In this document: in pieces, positions 37,992-46,912 of the stretch
Position numbering within the stretch: position 1 is the first letter of the stretch
How the letters are laid out: the number at the start of each line of letters is the position of its first letter
Assembly: GCA_945861765.1 (NCBI GenBank)
Contig: CAMAWP010000002.1
Coordinates: 585 to 64,584 of the forward strand
Length of the DNA stretch: 64,000 nt
Source: Akkermansia muciniphila
GTDB taxonomy: Bacteria; Verrucomicrobiota; Verrucomicrobiia; Limisphaerales; SIBE01
Direction of reading: 5' to 3'
Position numbers and translations under genes: made by a program
The notes under the pieces: model-generated
What the model saw: only the letters and a program-made list of their open reading frames with translations
Databases searched by the model: none
Told to the model about the DNA's origin: nothing

Positions 37992-38021
37992 ACAAGAATT
38001 TCAGTGAGGCTTGGTGGACTT

Positions 38022-38516
38022 TCAGCACGACTGGGAGAATTCCGCGCGCAGTTTGGCGGCCAGGTCAGTCAAAGCTTCTGGGAGAACGGTGTTGTGGGCG
38101 ATGACCGGCATGAAATTCGTGTCCCCTTGCCAGCGCGGCACGATGTGGATGTGCAAATGATCCAGAACACCGGCGCCCGCGGCGCGTCCGAGATTGAGGC
38201 CGATATTAAATCCGTCCGGCTTCATAACACGCGTGAGGACCTGCTGGCACCGGCGTGTGAGCTTCATCAAGTCGCAGAGTTCTTCGTCCGTTAAGTCGCT
38301 CAGGTTATCAGTTTGCTTGTAGGGTACGATAAGTAAGTGACCGCCAGTGTACGGATAGGAATTCAACACCGCATAGCAGGTGCGGTCGCGCACGACAACA
38401 TAGTTGGTCTCGTCATCGCTCGATTGGGCGATCTTCGAAAAAATGGAAATATCCGAGGGCGCAGGCTTCGGCGCCAGAATGTATTGAATCCGCCAAGGGG
38501 CGTGCAGTGATTCCAT
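38022..38516 (-). CDS. HIT-family nucleotide hydrolase/transferase
   Basis: 164-aa ORF with the histidine triad HLHIHIVPRW. The N-terminal APWRIQYI is typical of this HIT subgroup. Confidence 0.85.
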   Translation of the reverse strand: MESLHAPWRIQYILAPKPAPSDISIFSKIAQSSDDETNYVVVRDRTCYAVLNSYPYTGGHLLIVPYKQTDNLSDLTDEELCDLMKLTRRCQQVLTRVMKPDGFNIGLNLGRAAGAGVLDHLHIHIVPRWQGDTNFMPVIAHNTVLPEALTDLAAKLRAEFSQSC

Positions 38517-38642
38517 TGCGAGACGCTAGTCGGCAGCTTTCTAATTGTCAAAAGCCGATCACTCGCACCGGGCAACTCTCACGAGGGCGCGCGTGGAGTG
38601 CCAGCTTCAGTCGGCCAGGGCGCAAGACCGACTAAAGCCAGC

Positions 38643-39100
38643 GGCTCCATGGTCCGGGTTCTCGGTTGTTTTGAGTGGAATCATTTCCGTGTCCGGACAG
38701 GAGAACTCACTCCCGAGGGGTACGTAGAGTTTGTAGAGATTAGACATTTTCCGACCGTGTGCTGTTGTAGCCGATGAGCTATTTCCAACTGCCATCTCCC
38801 GGAGGGGAGATTTGAGAATAGCCCAGCGTTTCAAGGGTGGGATTGCGTAGCCAATACCCAAAGTCCCGAAGGGACGGTTGAGAGGTAACGTAGGACGTCG
38901 GGTGATTCGGCCGTCCCTGCGGGACTTATGCGATGGCTCATTCGAACCCAGCAGTGAACTGCTGGGCTATTCTCGGATCTCCCTCCGGGAGACGAAGGCG
39001 GCCAATAGGTCCAAACTCCCGTCATCCCGGCGAGATGGAAAAATGGTCTTCATCCGCTGTGGAACTATTCCGCTGGAAACAGCGAGGCTCCATGGTCCGG
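38643..39100. repeat. MITE/REP-like structured intergenic element (nested inverted repeats flanked by a 15-nt direct repeat)
   Basis: Direct repeat ggctccatggtccgg at 38643-38657 and 39086-39100. Outer inverted repeat 38795-38827 versus 38961-38992, differing by 2 mismatches and a 1-nt indel. Inner inverted repeat 38861-38877 versus 38911-38927, with 1 mismatch. Each arm also forms a short GC hairpin. Confidence 0.6.
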
Positions 39101-39147
39101 CAAAGAAACGATTGCGCCGCTGGCCATTAGAGCGCATAAATGACCTC

Positions 39148-40206
39148 ATGCTTCAGACTGCAGAGCCCGGTGTTCCTGGCGTAAAAGTCGCGGTGACAAA
39201 GGGCGAAGAAATGGCCGGATTCCGGGATCGGTATCTGGAAGCTTTTCGCTGGATGGTCCTGGGGCGCACATTAGACGAGAAATTTGCCAGCCTTTATCGA
39301 GGCGGAAAAATCCATGGGGGTGTTTTTATCGGTCGAGGTCAGGAAGCCTTAAGTGTTTCCGTGGGGCACCAACTCCGAAAGGGCGATGTTTTTGCGCCTC
39401 TCATCCGAGATTTGTCGGGGCGACTCGCTTTTGGTGAACCGATCCTAGATGCCGTGCGTAATTACCTAGGCTCCCCGCTGGGACCGATGCGCGCGCGAGA
39501 CGGAAACGTTCATCGAGGCAGGCCGAAGGATGGGCTGCTTCCCATGATCAGCCACCTTGGAGCAATGATTCCAGTGGTTAACGGCGTGCTGATGGGCCGC
39601 CGCTTCCGAGGTGTCCAGGGAATCGTGGGCGCTACGTGCCTCGGCGATGGAGGGACATCGACGGGCGCTTTTCATGAAGCGCTCAACCAGGCTGCCGTCG
39701 AAAAGCTTCCTCTTGTGCTGGTTGTGGCGAATAACCAGTACGCCTATTCCACCCCCACCTCGCGTCAGTTTGTCTGCCACTCCCTGGTCGATAAGGCGGT
39801 CGGTTACGGAGTGGAAGGACATTCGGTGGATGGGACCGATTTGGCAGCTTGCTTGAAAGTGTTGAATGTGGCCATTGGCAAGGCCCGTGAAGGGGGGGGG
39901 CCACAATTGGTTGTCGCGCGACTGCTCCGCCTTTGTGGGCATGGTGAGCATGACGACTCCAGCTACATTGATCCGAATCTTAAAAAGTCACCCATGGGCC
40001 GCGACTGCTTGAAAGTTGCTGAAGATTATCTGTTACAGCACAAATGGGCGGACGGACGGCAAATCGAAGCTTGGCGAAATGACGTAACGCAAAGGGTGGA
40101 GGAGGCCATTGCCATCGTCCAACGTGAGCCTGGCCCCGATCCCTACAAGGAGAACTGGTGTGCGCTTGCCTCCAAGCATCTCAATGAGGTGCACCAAGTT
40201 CTGTGA
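39148..40206 (+). CDS. thiamine-diphosphate-dependent 2-oxoacid dehydrogenase E1 component, alpha subunit
   Basis: The tracked ORF 38878..40206 was trimmed to ATG 39148; the upstream part runs through the repeat element. TPP-binding region CLGDGGTSTGAFHEALNQAAVEKLPLVLVVANNQYAYSTP. Also RLCGHGEHDD. Confidence 0.8.
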   Translation: MLQTAEPGVPGVKVAVTKGEEMAGFRDRYLEAFRWMVLGRTLDEKFASLYRGGKIHGGVFIGRGQEALSVSVGHQLRKGDVFAPLIRDLSGRLAFGEPILDAVRNYLGSPLGPMRARDGNVHRGRPKDGLLPMISHLGAMIPVVNGVLMGRRFRGVQGIVGATCLGDGGTSTGAFHEALNQAAVEKLPLVLVVANNQYAYSTPTSRQFVCHSLVDKAVGYGVEGHSVDGTDLAACLKVLNVAIGKAREGGGPQLVVARLLRLCGHGEHDDSSYIDPNLKKSPMGRDCLKVAEDYLLQHKWADGRQIEAWRNDVTQRVEEAIAIVQREPGPDPYKENWCALASKHLNEVHQVL

Positions 40207-40384
40207 GCCACGCAGTCGGTTTCCAGAGTGCTTGGTGAAATCAACATCGAGAAAACCGACTGGGCTGCTGGGCTTCCAGGCTGTCGCACGCTCAACATGT
40301 GGCCGGTGAGGCTATGAGAGCAACCTGATGATCGGATATTAGGGAACAGCTTGCCTCGGCGCTGCAAAGAATTAGCATTCCGGA

Positions 40385-41758
40385 GTGAGCCATCTGGTTT
40401 CCAAAGTTGAGCAAGCTATCCAGGCGCAGTATCTCTTTAAACCGAACCAATTCATTCTCGTCGCGGTTTCGGGAGGACTCGATTCGATGGTGTTGCTGCA
40501 TGTCCTCTGCCGCCTGGCGGGCAAGAATGGCTGGATGCTCGCGGTAGCTCATTTCAATCACCTGCTTCGGGGGGACGGCAGTGATGCCGACGCCGAGTTC
40601 GTACGACTGGCCACTGCGCGGCTCGGTTTGAAATTCATCAGCGAGCAGCGAGATGTTCAACAGTTTGCTCGCGCGCATAAACTATCCGTGGAAATGGCCG
40701 CGCGAAACCTTCGCCACGATTTTCTGGCCAGAACCTGCTTAACACTTGGAATTAAAACGATGGCATTGGCCCACCACGCTGATGATCAGGTTGAGTTGTT
40801 CTTTCTCCGGATGTTTCGCGGCGCGGGAGGCGAAGGTTTGGCTGGCATGCGATGGAGTAGCCCTTCTCCCAGCGATGAGACTATCGAGGTCGTGCGGCCG
40901 CTTCTGGGTTTGCTAAAGGATGATTTACAGAATTTTGCTAAAGAGGAGGATATTGAATTTCGTTCGGATGAAACGAATGCGCAGCTCGACATTGAGCGAA
41001 ATCGTATTCGCCACGAATTATTGCCGTTGATTCGAGAGCGTTACCAGCCGGCGTTGGTTAAAACAGCGTTACGTTCAATGGAAATTATTGGTGCCGAATC
41101 AGATTTTGTTAGAAAGAGTGCGCGGTCGTGGGAGCACCGAAAAAATGACATCGCTTTCGACCAACTCCACCCCGCAGTGCAGAGGCAATGGCTGCAAATG
41201 GAACTGCTGAAGCTTGAGATTATTCCCGAGTTCGACTTGATCGAGCGACTGCGTTCTGAGTCGGGCCAAGTGATCATGGTCAGTCCCGAGTTGACGATTT
41301 GGCGGGACCATCAGGGGAATATCAAGTCGCATGTTGTATCGTCCGTCACGTTTGATGCCGACCAACGGACGGTGGACTTGTCTGCGAAGGAGGGTCAAAC
41401 CTGTTTTGGCGGCGTAACCATTATGTGGCAAATCGAGGAGCGCCGGTCATCGTCAGAAGCGGTGCCGAATGCCGTCTCGGGTTGTGAGTGTTTTGACGCC
41501 CGCAAAGTAGGATCGCCTATCGTGTTGCGGCACTGGCGCCCGGGCGACCGATTCCATCCCATTGGAATGAAAACGCCAGTTAAGCTCCAAAATCTATTCA
41601 CGAACGAGAAAATCCCTCGCGACCGTCGTCACGAATTGGTTGTGGCGGCAATGGCGCAAGGTGACATCTTCTGGGTAGAAGGGTTGCGAATGTCGGCACA
41701 ATTCAAGCTGGACAACCAGACTGTTTCAGGTTTGAAGTGGACTTGGGGCCGTGAGTAA
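40385..41758 (+). CDS. tilS: tRNA(Ile)-lysidine synthase
   Basis: 457-aa ORF with a GTG start. PP-loop motif ILVAVSGGLDSMVLLH. TilS-type C-terminal domain (RHWRPGDRFHPIGM...KLQNLF). Confidence 0.9.
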   Translation: MSHLVSKVEQAIQAQYLFKPNQFILVAVSGGLDSMVLLHVLCRLAGKNGWMLAVAHFNHLLRGDGSDADAEFVRLATARLGLKFISEQRDVQQFARAHKLSVEMAARNLRHDFLARTCLTLGIKTMALAHHADDQVELFFLRMFRGAGGEGLAGMRWSSPSPSDETIEVVRPLLGLLKDDLQNFAKEEDIEFRSDETNAQLDIERNRIRHELLPLIRERYQPALVKTALRSMEIIGAESDFVRKSARSWEHRKNDIAFDQLHPAVQRQWLQMELLKLEIIPEFDLIERLRSESGQVIMVSPELTIWRDHQGNIKSHVVSSVTFDADQRTVDLSAKEGQTCFGGVTIMWQIEERRSSSEAVPNAVSGCECFDARKVGSPIVLRHWRPGDRFHPIGMKTPVKLQNLFTNEKIPRDRRHELVVAAMAQGDIFWVEGLRMSAQFKLDNQTVSGLKWTWGRE

Positions 41759-41936
41759 AGCGATGCGGTGGCTGAGCTTGCGAATGCGTACGGAACGTCG
41801 CCTTTTGGAGCGCAGTGCCGTTGAGGCATTGGCTTTCGGGCGGTGTGGGAAGAAAATACTGGGCGTTTTTGTCCCAATTCGACCGTTGCGCCATTGAGCC
41901 TGCGGTGATAGGTTGACACGAATTTTACTTATTCAA

Positions 41937-43955
41937 ATGTCTGACGATAACAAATCTACGGGCAAGAACGAACGCAAGACTGGGGATGTCAAAGTGCCGC
42001 CGCGCAACTGGCTCCTCTGGATTCTCATTCTTGGATCTATACCGCTGCTGATGATGCTCCAGGGGCGGAAAGACCCGAAAGAAAACCAGATTTCTCGATC
42101 ATTCCTTGTTGGCTTAGTGACAAATAACTTGGTCAAGGAAGGAACCATTCACTATAATCCACAATCTTCCGTTCTCCAGGAGATTACCGGTAAGTATTAC
42201 AGAAGTCGGGACGGTGTTAAGCTGACGAACGAGGACACGGTCTCTTTTACGATCAAGACCCTTCTGAACGAGGAGTTGCGCGATAAGCTGCTGGATGCGG
42301 GATTCGAGCCCAAGGAGCCAAACACCTTTCTGGTCAATCTGTTTATTACGATTCTGCCCATTCTGTTCGTGGCCTTTTTGATCTACTTCTTTTTCATTCG
42401 GCAGATCAAAATGGCGGGCAAAGGTGCGTTGAGCTTCGGCAAAAGCAAGGCTCGGATGCTCAGCAAAGAGAAGAACCGGACCACGTTCAAAGATGTCGCG
42501 GGAGTAGAGGAAGCCAAAGAGGAAGTGTCGGAATTGGTCGAGTTCCTCAAAGACCCTAAGAAATTTCAGAAACTCGGCGGTCGCATTCCCAAGGGAATCT
42601 TGATGATAGGCGCGCCCGGAACTGGAAAAACACTTTTGGCCAAAGCGATCGCCGGGGAAGCGGACTCCGCTTTCTTCAGTATTAGTGGGTCTGACTTCGT
42701 GGAAATGTTCGTCGGCGTCGGGGCCAGCCGCGTTCGAGACATGTTCGAGCAGGCGCGCAAAAACACGCCGTGTTTGATTTTCATCGATGAAATTGATGCG
42801 GTGGGCCGGAGCCGTGGCCATGGGTTGGGCGGTGGCAACGATGAACGCGAACAGACTCTCAACGCCTTGCTTGTTGAAATGGATGGCTTCGATACGCAGG
42901 AGGGAATTATCATCATTGCGGCGACCAACCGACCGGATGTTCTTGATCCTGCTCTCTTGAGGCCGGGACGGTTTGACCGTCAGATCACGGTGAGTTTGCC
43001 AGACGTACGGGGACGAGAGGCGATTCTCAAAGTTCACGCCAAGAACGTTAAGTTGGATCCCAGTGTCGATTTGACGGTGATCGCCCGTGGAACCCCAGGT
43101 TATTCTGGAGCTGAGCTGGCCAACTTGCTCAATGAGGCCGCTTTGCTCGCCGCGCGGAACAATAGGAAAGCTATCGGGATGTTTGAGTTGGAAGATGCCC
43201 GCGACAAGGTTCGCTGGGGCCGCGAGCGTCGGAGCTTGGCTATGACCGACGAGGAGAAGAAATACACGGCTTGGCATGAAGCCGGACATGCTCTTGTCAA
43301 CGTCATGCTCAAGCACACCCACCCGTTGCACAAAGTCACAATCATTCCACGTGGCCAGGCTCTCGGCTCGACGATGTCACTTCCCAAGCAGGATGTCTTG
43401 AGTCGCCGTCGCAAGGAAATGCTCGACATGATCGCCATGGCGATGGCGGGACGTATTGCCGAGGAAATTGTTTCGGGAGACATATCCACAGGCGCTTCCG
43501 GCGACATTCAACAGGCCACCCAAATGGCTCGCGCCATGGTGTGTCACTTTGGAATGAGCGATAAGCTCGGCATGGTCCAATATGGCGACAATAATGAATA
43601 CGTTTTCCTTGGGCGCGAGATGATGCGGAGCAAGGACTATAGCGAGAATGTCGCCCGGGACATTGATGCGGAGGTGAAGCGGATTATTGATGAAGGCTAC
43701 AAGGTGGCAAAGGACATCATCGATACTCACCGTGATAAATTGGAAATCATCGCACAATCGTTGCTCGAGTACGAAACTCTGGATGGAAGCCAAGTCGATG
43801 AGATTATGCGAACGGGCAAATTCACCCCTCCGCCGCCTCCGCCGAAGACTGATCCACCTACCGGTGCGATGGCCGCGACGCCGCTGCCGGAAGTGCCAAA
43901 ACCAATTCCCCCACATTTACCAGGGCTGGGATCTCCCGCGCCAGCGGCGGCCTAA
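41937..43955 (+). CDS. ftsH: ATP-dependent zinc metalloprotease FtsH
   Basis: The tracked ORF starts at TTG 41913; ATG 41937 (MSDDNK...) is preferred. Two N-terminal TMs, Walker [14 protein letters not shown], the second region of homology, the zinc motif HEAGHA, and a Pro-rich tail. Confidence 0.95.
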   Translation: MSDDNKSTGKNERKTGDVKVPPRNWLLWILILGSIPLLMMLQGRKDPKENQISRSFLVGLVTNNLVKEGTIHYNPQSSVLQEITGKYYRSRDGVKLTNEDTVSFTIKTLLNEELRDKLLDAGFEPKEPNTFLVNLFITILPILFVAFLIYFFFIRQIKMAGKGALSFGKSKARMLSKEKNRTTFKDVAGVEEAKEEVSELVEFLKDPKKFQKLGGRIPKGILMIGAPGTGKTLLAKAIAGEADSAFFSISGSDFVEMFVGVGASRVRDMFEQARKNTPCLIFIDEIDAVGRSRGHGLGGGNDEREQTLNALLVEMDGFDTQEGIIIIAATNRPDVLDPALLRPGRFDRQITVSLPDVRGREAILKVHAKNVKLDPSVDLTVIARGTPGYSGAELANLLNEAALLAARNNRKAIGMFELEDARDKVRWGRERRSLAMTDEEKKYTAWHEAGHALVNVMLKHTHPLHKVTIIPRGQALGSTMSLPKQDVLSRRRKEMLDMIAMAMAGRIAEEIVSGDISTGASGDIQQATQMARAMVCHFGMSDKLGMVQYGDNNEYVFLGREMMRSKDYSENVARDIDAEVKRIIDEGYKVAKDIIDTHRDKLEIIAQSLLEYETLDGSQVDEIMRTGKFTPPPPPPKTDPPTGAMAATPLPEVPKPIPPHLPGLGSPAPAAA

Positions 43956-44149
43956 AACCTGGCGTTCAAGAAGCCGTCGTGGGGATTAGGTCAGGTTCCG
44001 GGATCCATTCCGCGCAGGGCTTCCTGAATATCTGAAATCTGAAATTTCAGGCCATGAACCTCCCTTGAGTCTGCCGGACGGAAGTCCCTCGTTCACTTGA
44101 AACCAAGCTGTCGGATTGACTCTTGGCCTCAAATCTTTAGGTTCCCGCC

Positions 44150-44824
44150 ATGATTATCGCACCGTCGCTGTTAGCCGCCGACTTCGGTCGTTTTGCCGAG
44201 GAAGCCCGAAGAGCCGAACGCTCCGGAGCTGAGTGGCTCCATCTGGACATCATGGACGGGCACTTTGTGCCGAACATCTCGTTCGGGCCGGCTGTGGTCC
44301 AATCGCTCAGACCTCTCAGCCGGATGTTCTTTGATGTGCATCTGATGTGTTCTCGACCGGAGATTTTGTTAGAGTCTTTTGCGAAAGCCGGAGCCGATTG
44401 CATTACCATTCACGTTGAGCTCGGCGATCAAGTTTCTTCTTTGCTCTGGAAAATTAAATCAATGGGCAAGAAGGCGGGGCTGGCGGTCAATCCGCCCACC
44501 GCGATTTCCATGGCAAAGCCGTACTTGAGCCAGGTCGATTTGCTTCTGGTGATGACGGTAAACCCTGGGTTTGGAGGTCAATCGTTCATTGAAGAGAGTT
44601 TACCGAAGGTCCAGCAAGCGGAGGTGTGGCGGCGGCAAAAAAATCTGAAATACCGTCTGGAAGTGGATGGTGGCATCAATTTTGTCACGGCGGCTGAATG
44701 CGCGCGCGCCGGAGCGGATACGTTCGTCAGTGGCACCGGTCTCTTCGGCCAGCGCAATATGAAAGCGGCGGTGAGAAAAATGCGCTCGATTGTTACTGCC
44801 CAAAGCGCCGATCGAGTAAAATAA
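44150..44824 (+). CDS. rpe: ribulose-phosphate 3-epimerase
   Basis: 224-aa ORF with HLDIMDGHFVPNISFG, MTVNPGFGGQSF and VDGGIN motifs. Confidence 0.93.
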   Translation: MIIAPSLLAADFGRFAEEARRAERSGAEWLHLDIMDGHFVPNISFGPAVVQSLRPLSRMFFDVHLMCSRPEILLESFAKAGADCITIHVELGDQVSSLLWKIKSMGKKAGLAVNPPTAISMAKPYLSQVDLLLVMTVNPGFGGQSFIEESLPKVQQAEVWRRQKNLKYRLEVDGGINFVTAAECARAGADTFVSGTGLFGQRNMKAAVRKMRSIVTAQSADRVK

Positions 44825-44972
44825 ATGCTCTTGGCACCAACTGACGTTCCCCGGAAAATGGAGATGTTGAATTGAAGTAAGTCCGAGCGATTCGCGAGAT
44901 GGCGAGCGGAGAATTTTATTTGGAAACTGAAGCCGAAGCCGTGGAGTTTTAAGGCGGCGTCATTTTGGAATT

Positions 44973-46391
44973 ATGAGTCAAATTAAGTTCGGGACCGATG
45001 GATGGAGAGCTCTCATTGCCGAAGATTTCACGTTTCACAACCTCGAACGAGTGGCCCAGGCGACGGCGACTTATTGGAAATCGAATCCCGTCCCAGATAC
45101 CCAAAGAAGAGCTGTGGTGGGGTACGACAGGCGTTTCTTGTCGGATCAGTTTGCTCAACGAACCGCAGAGATTCTATGTGGCAACGGTTTTGCCGTGACC
45201 CTGACGCATGAGGCGACTCCGACGCAGGCTGTTTCGCTCGCGGTCCGAGCGCAGAAAGCAATCGGCGGGGTAATGATCACGGCGAGTCACAATCCCCCGG
45301 CTTTTAATGGTTTCAAGTTGAAAGCGTTTTATGGCGGGTCCGCCGAACCCGCTATATGTCAGGCTGTGGAAGCCGCCTTGGACAGGGAGCCGGTGCAGTC
45401 GATCAGTCTTCACGAAGCGATCCTGACCAAGCGCATTCGCATCCAGAATTTGCGGGCTGCCCATTACCGGGCCGTGAAGCGATTGGTTGACTTCAAGCTT
45501 ATCGCCCAGTCGAAGCTGCATCTTGCCCACGATGCCTTGTTCGGCGTCGGAGCGGGATGCTTTGATGAATTGCTGGTCGGAACGACTTGCCGGGTGACGA
45601 CTCTGAATTCCGCTCATGACCCGCTTTTTGGCGGTCTGAATCCCGAGCCCATTCCGAAGAACTACGGCCCCAGCGCAGCTTATCTGAAAAGGCATCCGCA
45701 CGATATTTGCCTCGTCACGGATGGCGATGCGGATCGCGTTGGCGGGATGGACGGCCGGGGAAATCCATTATCGACCCACCAGCTCATTTGCCTGCTTCTC
45801 CATCATTTCGTCGTGAACCGGAAGCATTGCGGACGCGTCATCAAAGCGCTTACCACGACTTCCATGGTCGATAAGATGTGCTCGGCGTATGGTTTGGAAT
45901 TGGTCGAGACAGGCGTCGGCTTCAAATACATTTGCGCTGAAATGTTGAAGGGCGACGTCTTGCTGGGGTTCGAAGAAAGCGGAGGCATTGGTTTCCCAGG
46001 ACATATTCCGGAGCGAGATGGGATCCTCGCTGGCTTGATGCTGCTTGAATTGCTGGCCACCGAGAAAATGCCGGTGAAGAAATTATTAGCCCGGTTGTTG
46101 AAACAATTTGGGCCTCATCATTACGCGCGAATTGATGCCGCCTTTCCTCTCGAAAAGCGCCCGCTCTTAATGGGGCATTGCATAAAAAATCCGCCTGCTC
46201 GACTGCTCGGATCGCCGCTGGCGGAAATCAAGTCTTACGACGGCGTGAAATTCATCGCCCAAAATGGATCGTGGCTGATGCTCCGCGGCTCTGGCACTGA
46301 ACCCATTCTTCGGATTTACGCTGAGGCGAGCTCGGAGGAGGGTGCCCGAAAGCTACTCCGGCAAGGAGTAAGCTTGACCCAACAGGTTTAG
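44973..46391 (+). CDS. alpha-D-phosphohexomutase family (phosphoglucomutase/phosphomannomutase)
   Basis: 472-aa ORF. Active-site Ser loop ITASHNPPAFNGFK, Mg loop TDGDADRVG, and sugar loop GFEESGG. Confidence 0.9.
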   Translation: MSQIKFGTDGWRALIAEDFTFHNLERVAQATATYWKSNPVPDTQRRAVVGYDRRFLSDQFAQRTAEILCGNGFAVTLTHEATPTQAVSLAVRAQKAIGGVMITASHNPPAFNGFKLKAFYGGSAEPAICQAVEAALDREPVQSISLHEAILTKRIRIQNLRAAHYRAVKRLVDFKLIAQSKLHLAHDALFGVGAGCFDELLVGTTCRVTTLNSAHDPLFGGLNPEPIPKNYGPSAAYLKRHPHDICLVTDGDADRVGGMDGRGNPLSTHQLICLLLHHFVVNRKHCGRVIKALTTTSMVDKMCSAYGLELVETGVGFKYICAEMLKGDVLLGFEESGGIGFPGHIPERDGILAGLMLLELLATEKMPVKKLLARLLKQFGPHHYARIDAAFPLEKRPLLMGHCIKNPPARLLGSPLAEIKSYDGVKFIAQNGSWLMLRGSGTEPILRIYAEASSEEGARKLLRQGVSLTQQV

Positions 46392-46451
46392 CCCGGCGCA
46401 TCGTGGATCTACCCGTCGGGACTAAAGCAAGGGCTCCATACTTCTTGTCGT

Positions 46452-46694
46452 GAGAATTGCTGCCAAGACGGACAGCAGCTCTCATTTTGGCTTTCGACCG
46501 CCTGAAGGCGGGACCCCGTGCGTTCGCCAGGTAGGTAGTCCCGGCTTCAGCCGGTGGGGCACCGACACTTCCAGACGCGTTGGATTGTTTGACGCGCTGC
46601 CGCCTGAAGGCGGGACTACGTGCCAATTGAGTCGCGGCTTCAGCCGGTTCTTGGTGTTATCTGCGGCCATACGGAGAATTGCTGGCAAGACGGA
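46452..46694. repeat. REP-like element: two twin-hairpin units bracketed by a 21-nt direct repeat
   Basis: gagaattgctgSCaagacgga occurs at 46452-46472 and 46674-46694 (20 of 21 nt identical). Between them are two units of ccgcctgaaggcgggac (46498-46514, 46600-46616), each followed ~20-25 nt later by cggcttcagccgg (46541-46554, 46634-46647). Each motif is a 5-bp GC stem with a 4-nt loop. Confidence 0.6.
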
Positions 46695-46912
46695 TAAGAA
46701 CATTGACACGGCAGGCATTTTCCTCTACCCATCTGGCATTCTAGCTGTTTGCATTATGAAAGCGTTCGCCCTATTCGCGAAGCCACTTAAGGGATTGATT
46801 CCCGGTCCAAGACCTTTTCAATCCCACCTCCCCGCCCCGTGCGCTGAAGGCGATGGCTTGCAAGAATCCGAGTGAGCGTCGACACGTTTAAGAAAACCCC
46901 CTCATCAAGACC

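Noticed and set aside
38878-39147. 5' extension of the E1-alpha ORF, and the small ORFs 38607..38861 (-), 38831..39025 (-) and 38933..39130 (+)
   Set aside because: They read through the nested inverted-repeat element. The homology-like E1-alpha sequence only begins after ATG 39148.
44023-44051. AT-rich palindrome ctgaaatttcag with a tandem atctgaa repeat, upstream of rpe
   Set aside because: It is short and low in stability, has no T-run and no second copy in the window. That is not enough to call a terminator or operator.
46498-46647. Possible CRISPR array, suggested by the repeated hairpin-forming motifs
   Set aside because: There are only two units, made of two different motifs with unequal spacing. 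There are no cas genes, and the repeats are far shorter than CRISPR repeats.
46252-46875. ORFs 46252..46626 (-), 46450..46875 (+) and 46482..46718 (-) in the long intergenic gap
   Set aside because: They are translations of the GC hairpin repeats (PPEGGT / LKPGL type peptides) on both strands. They have no start context or motifs.
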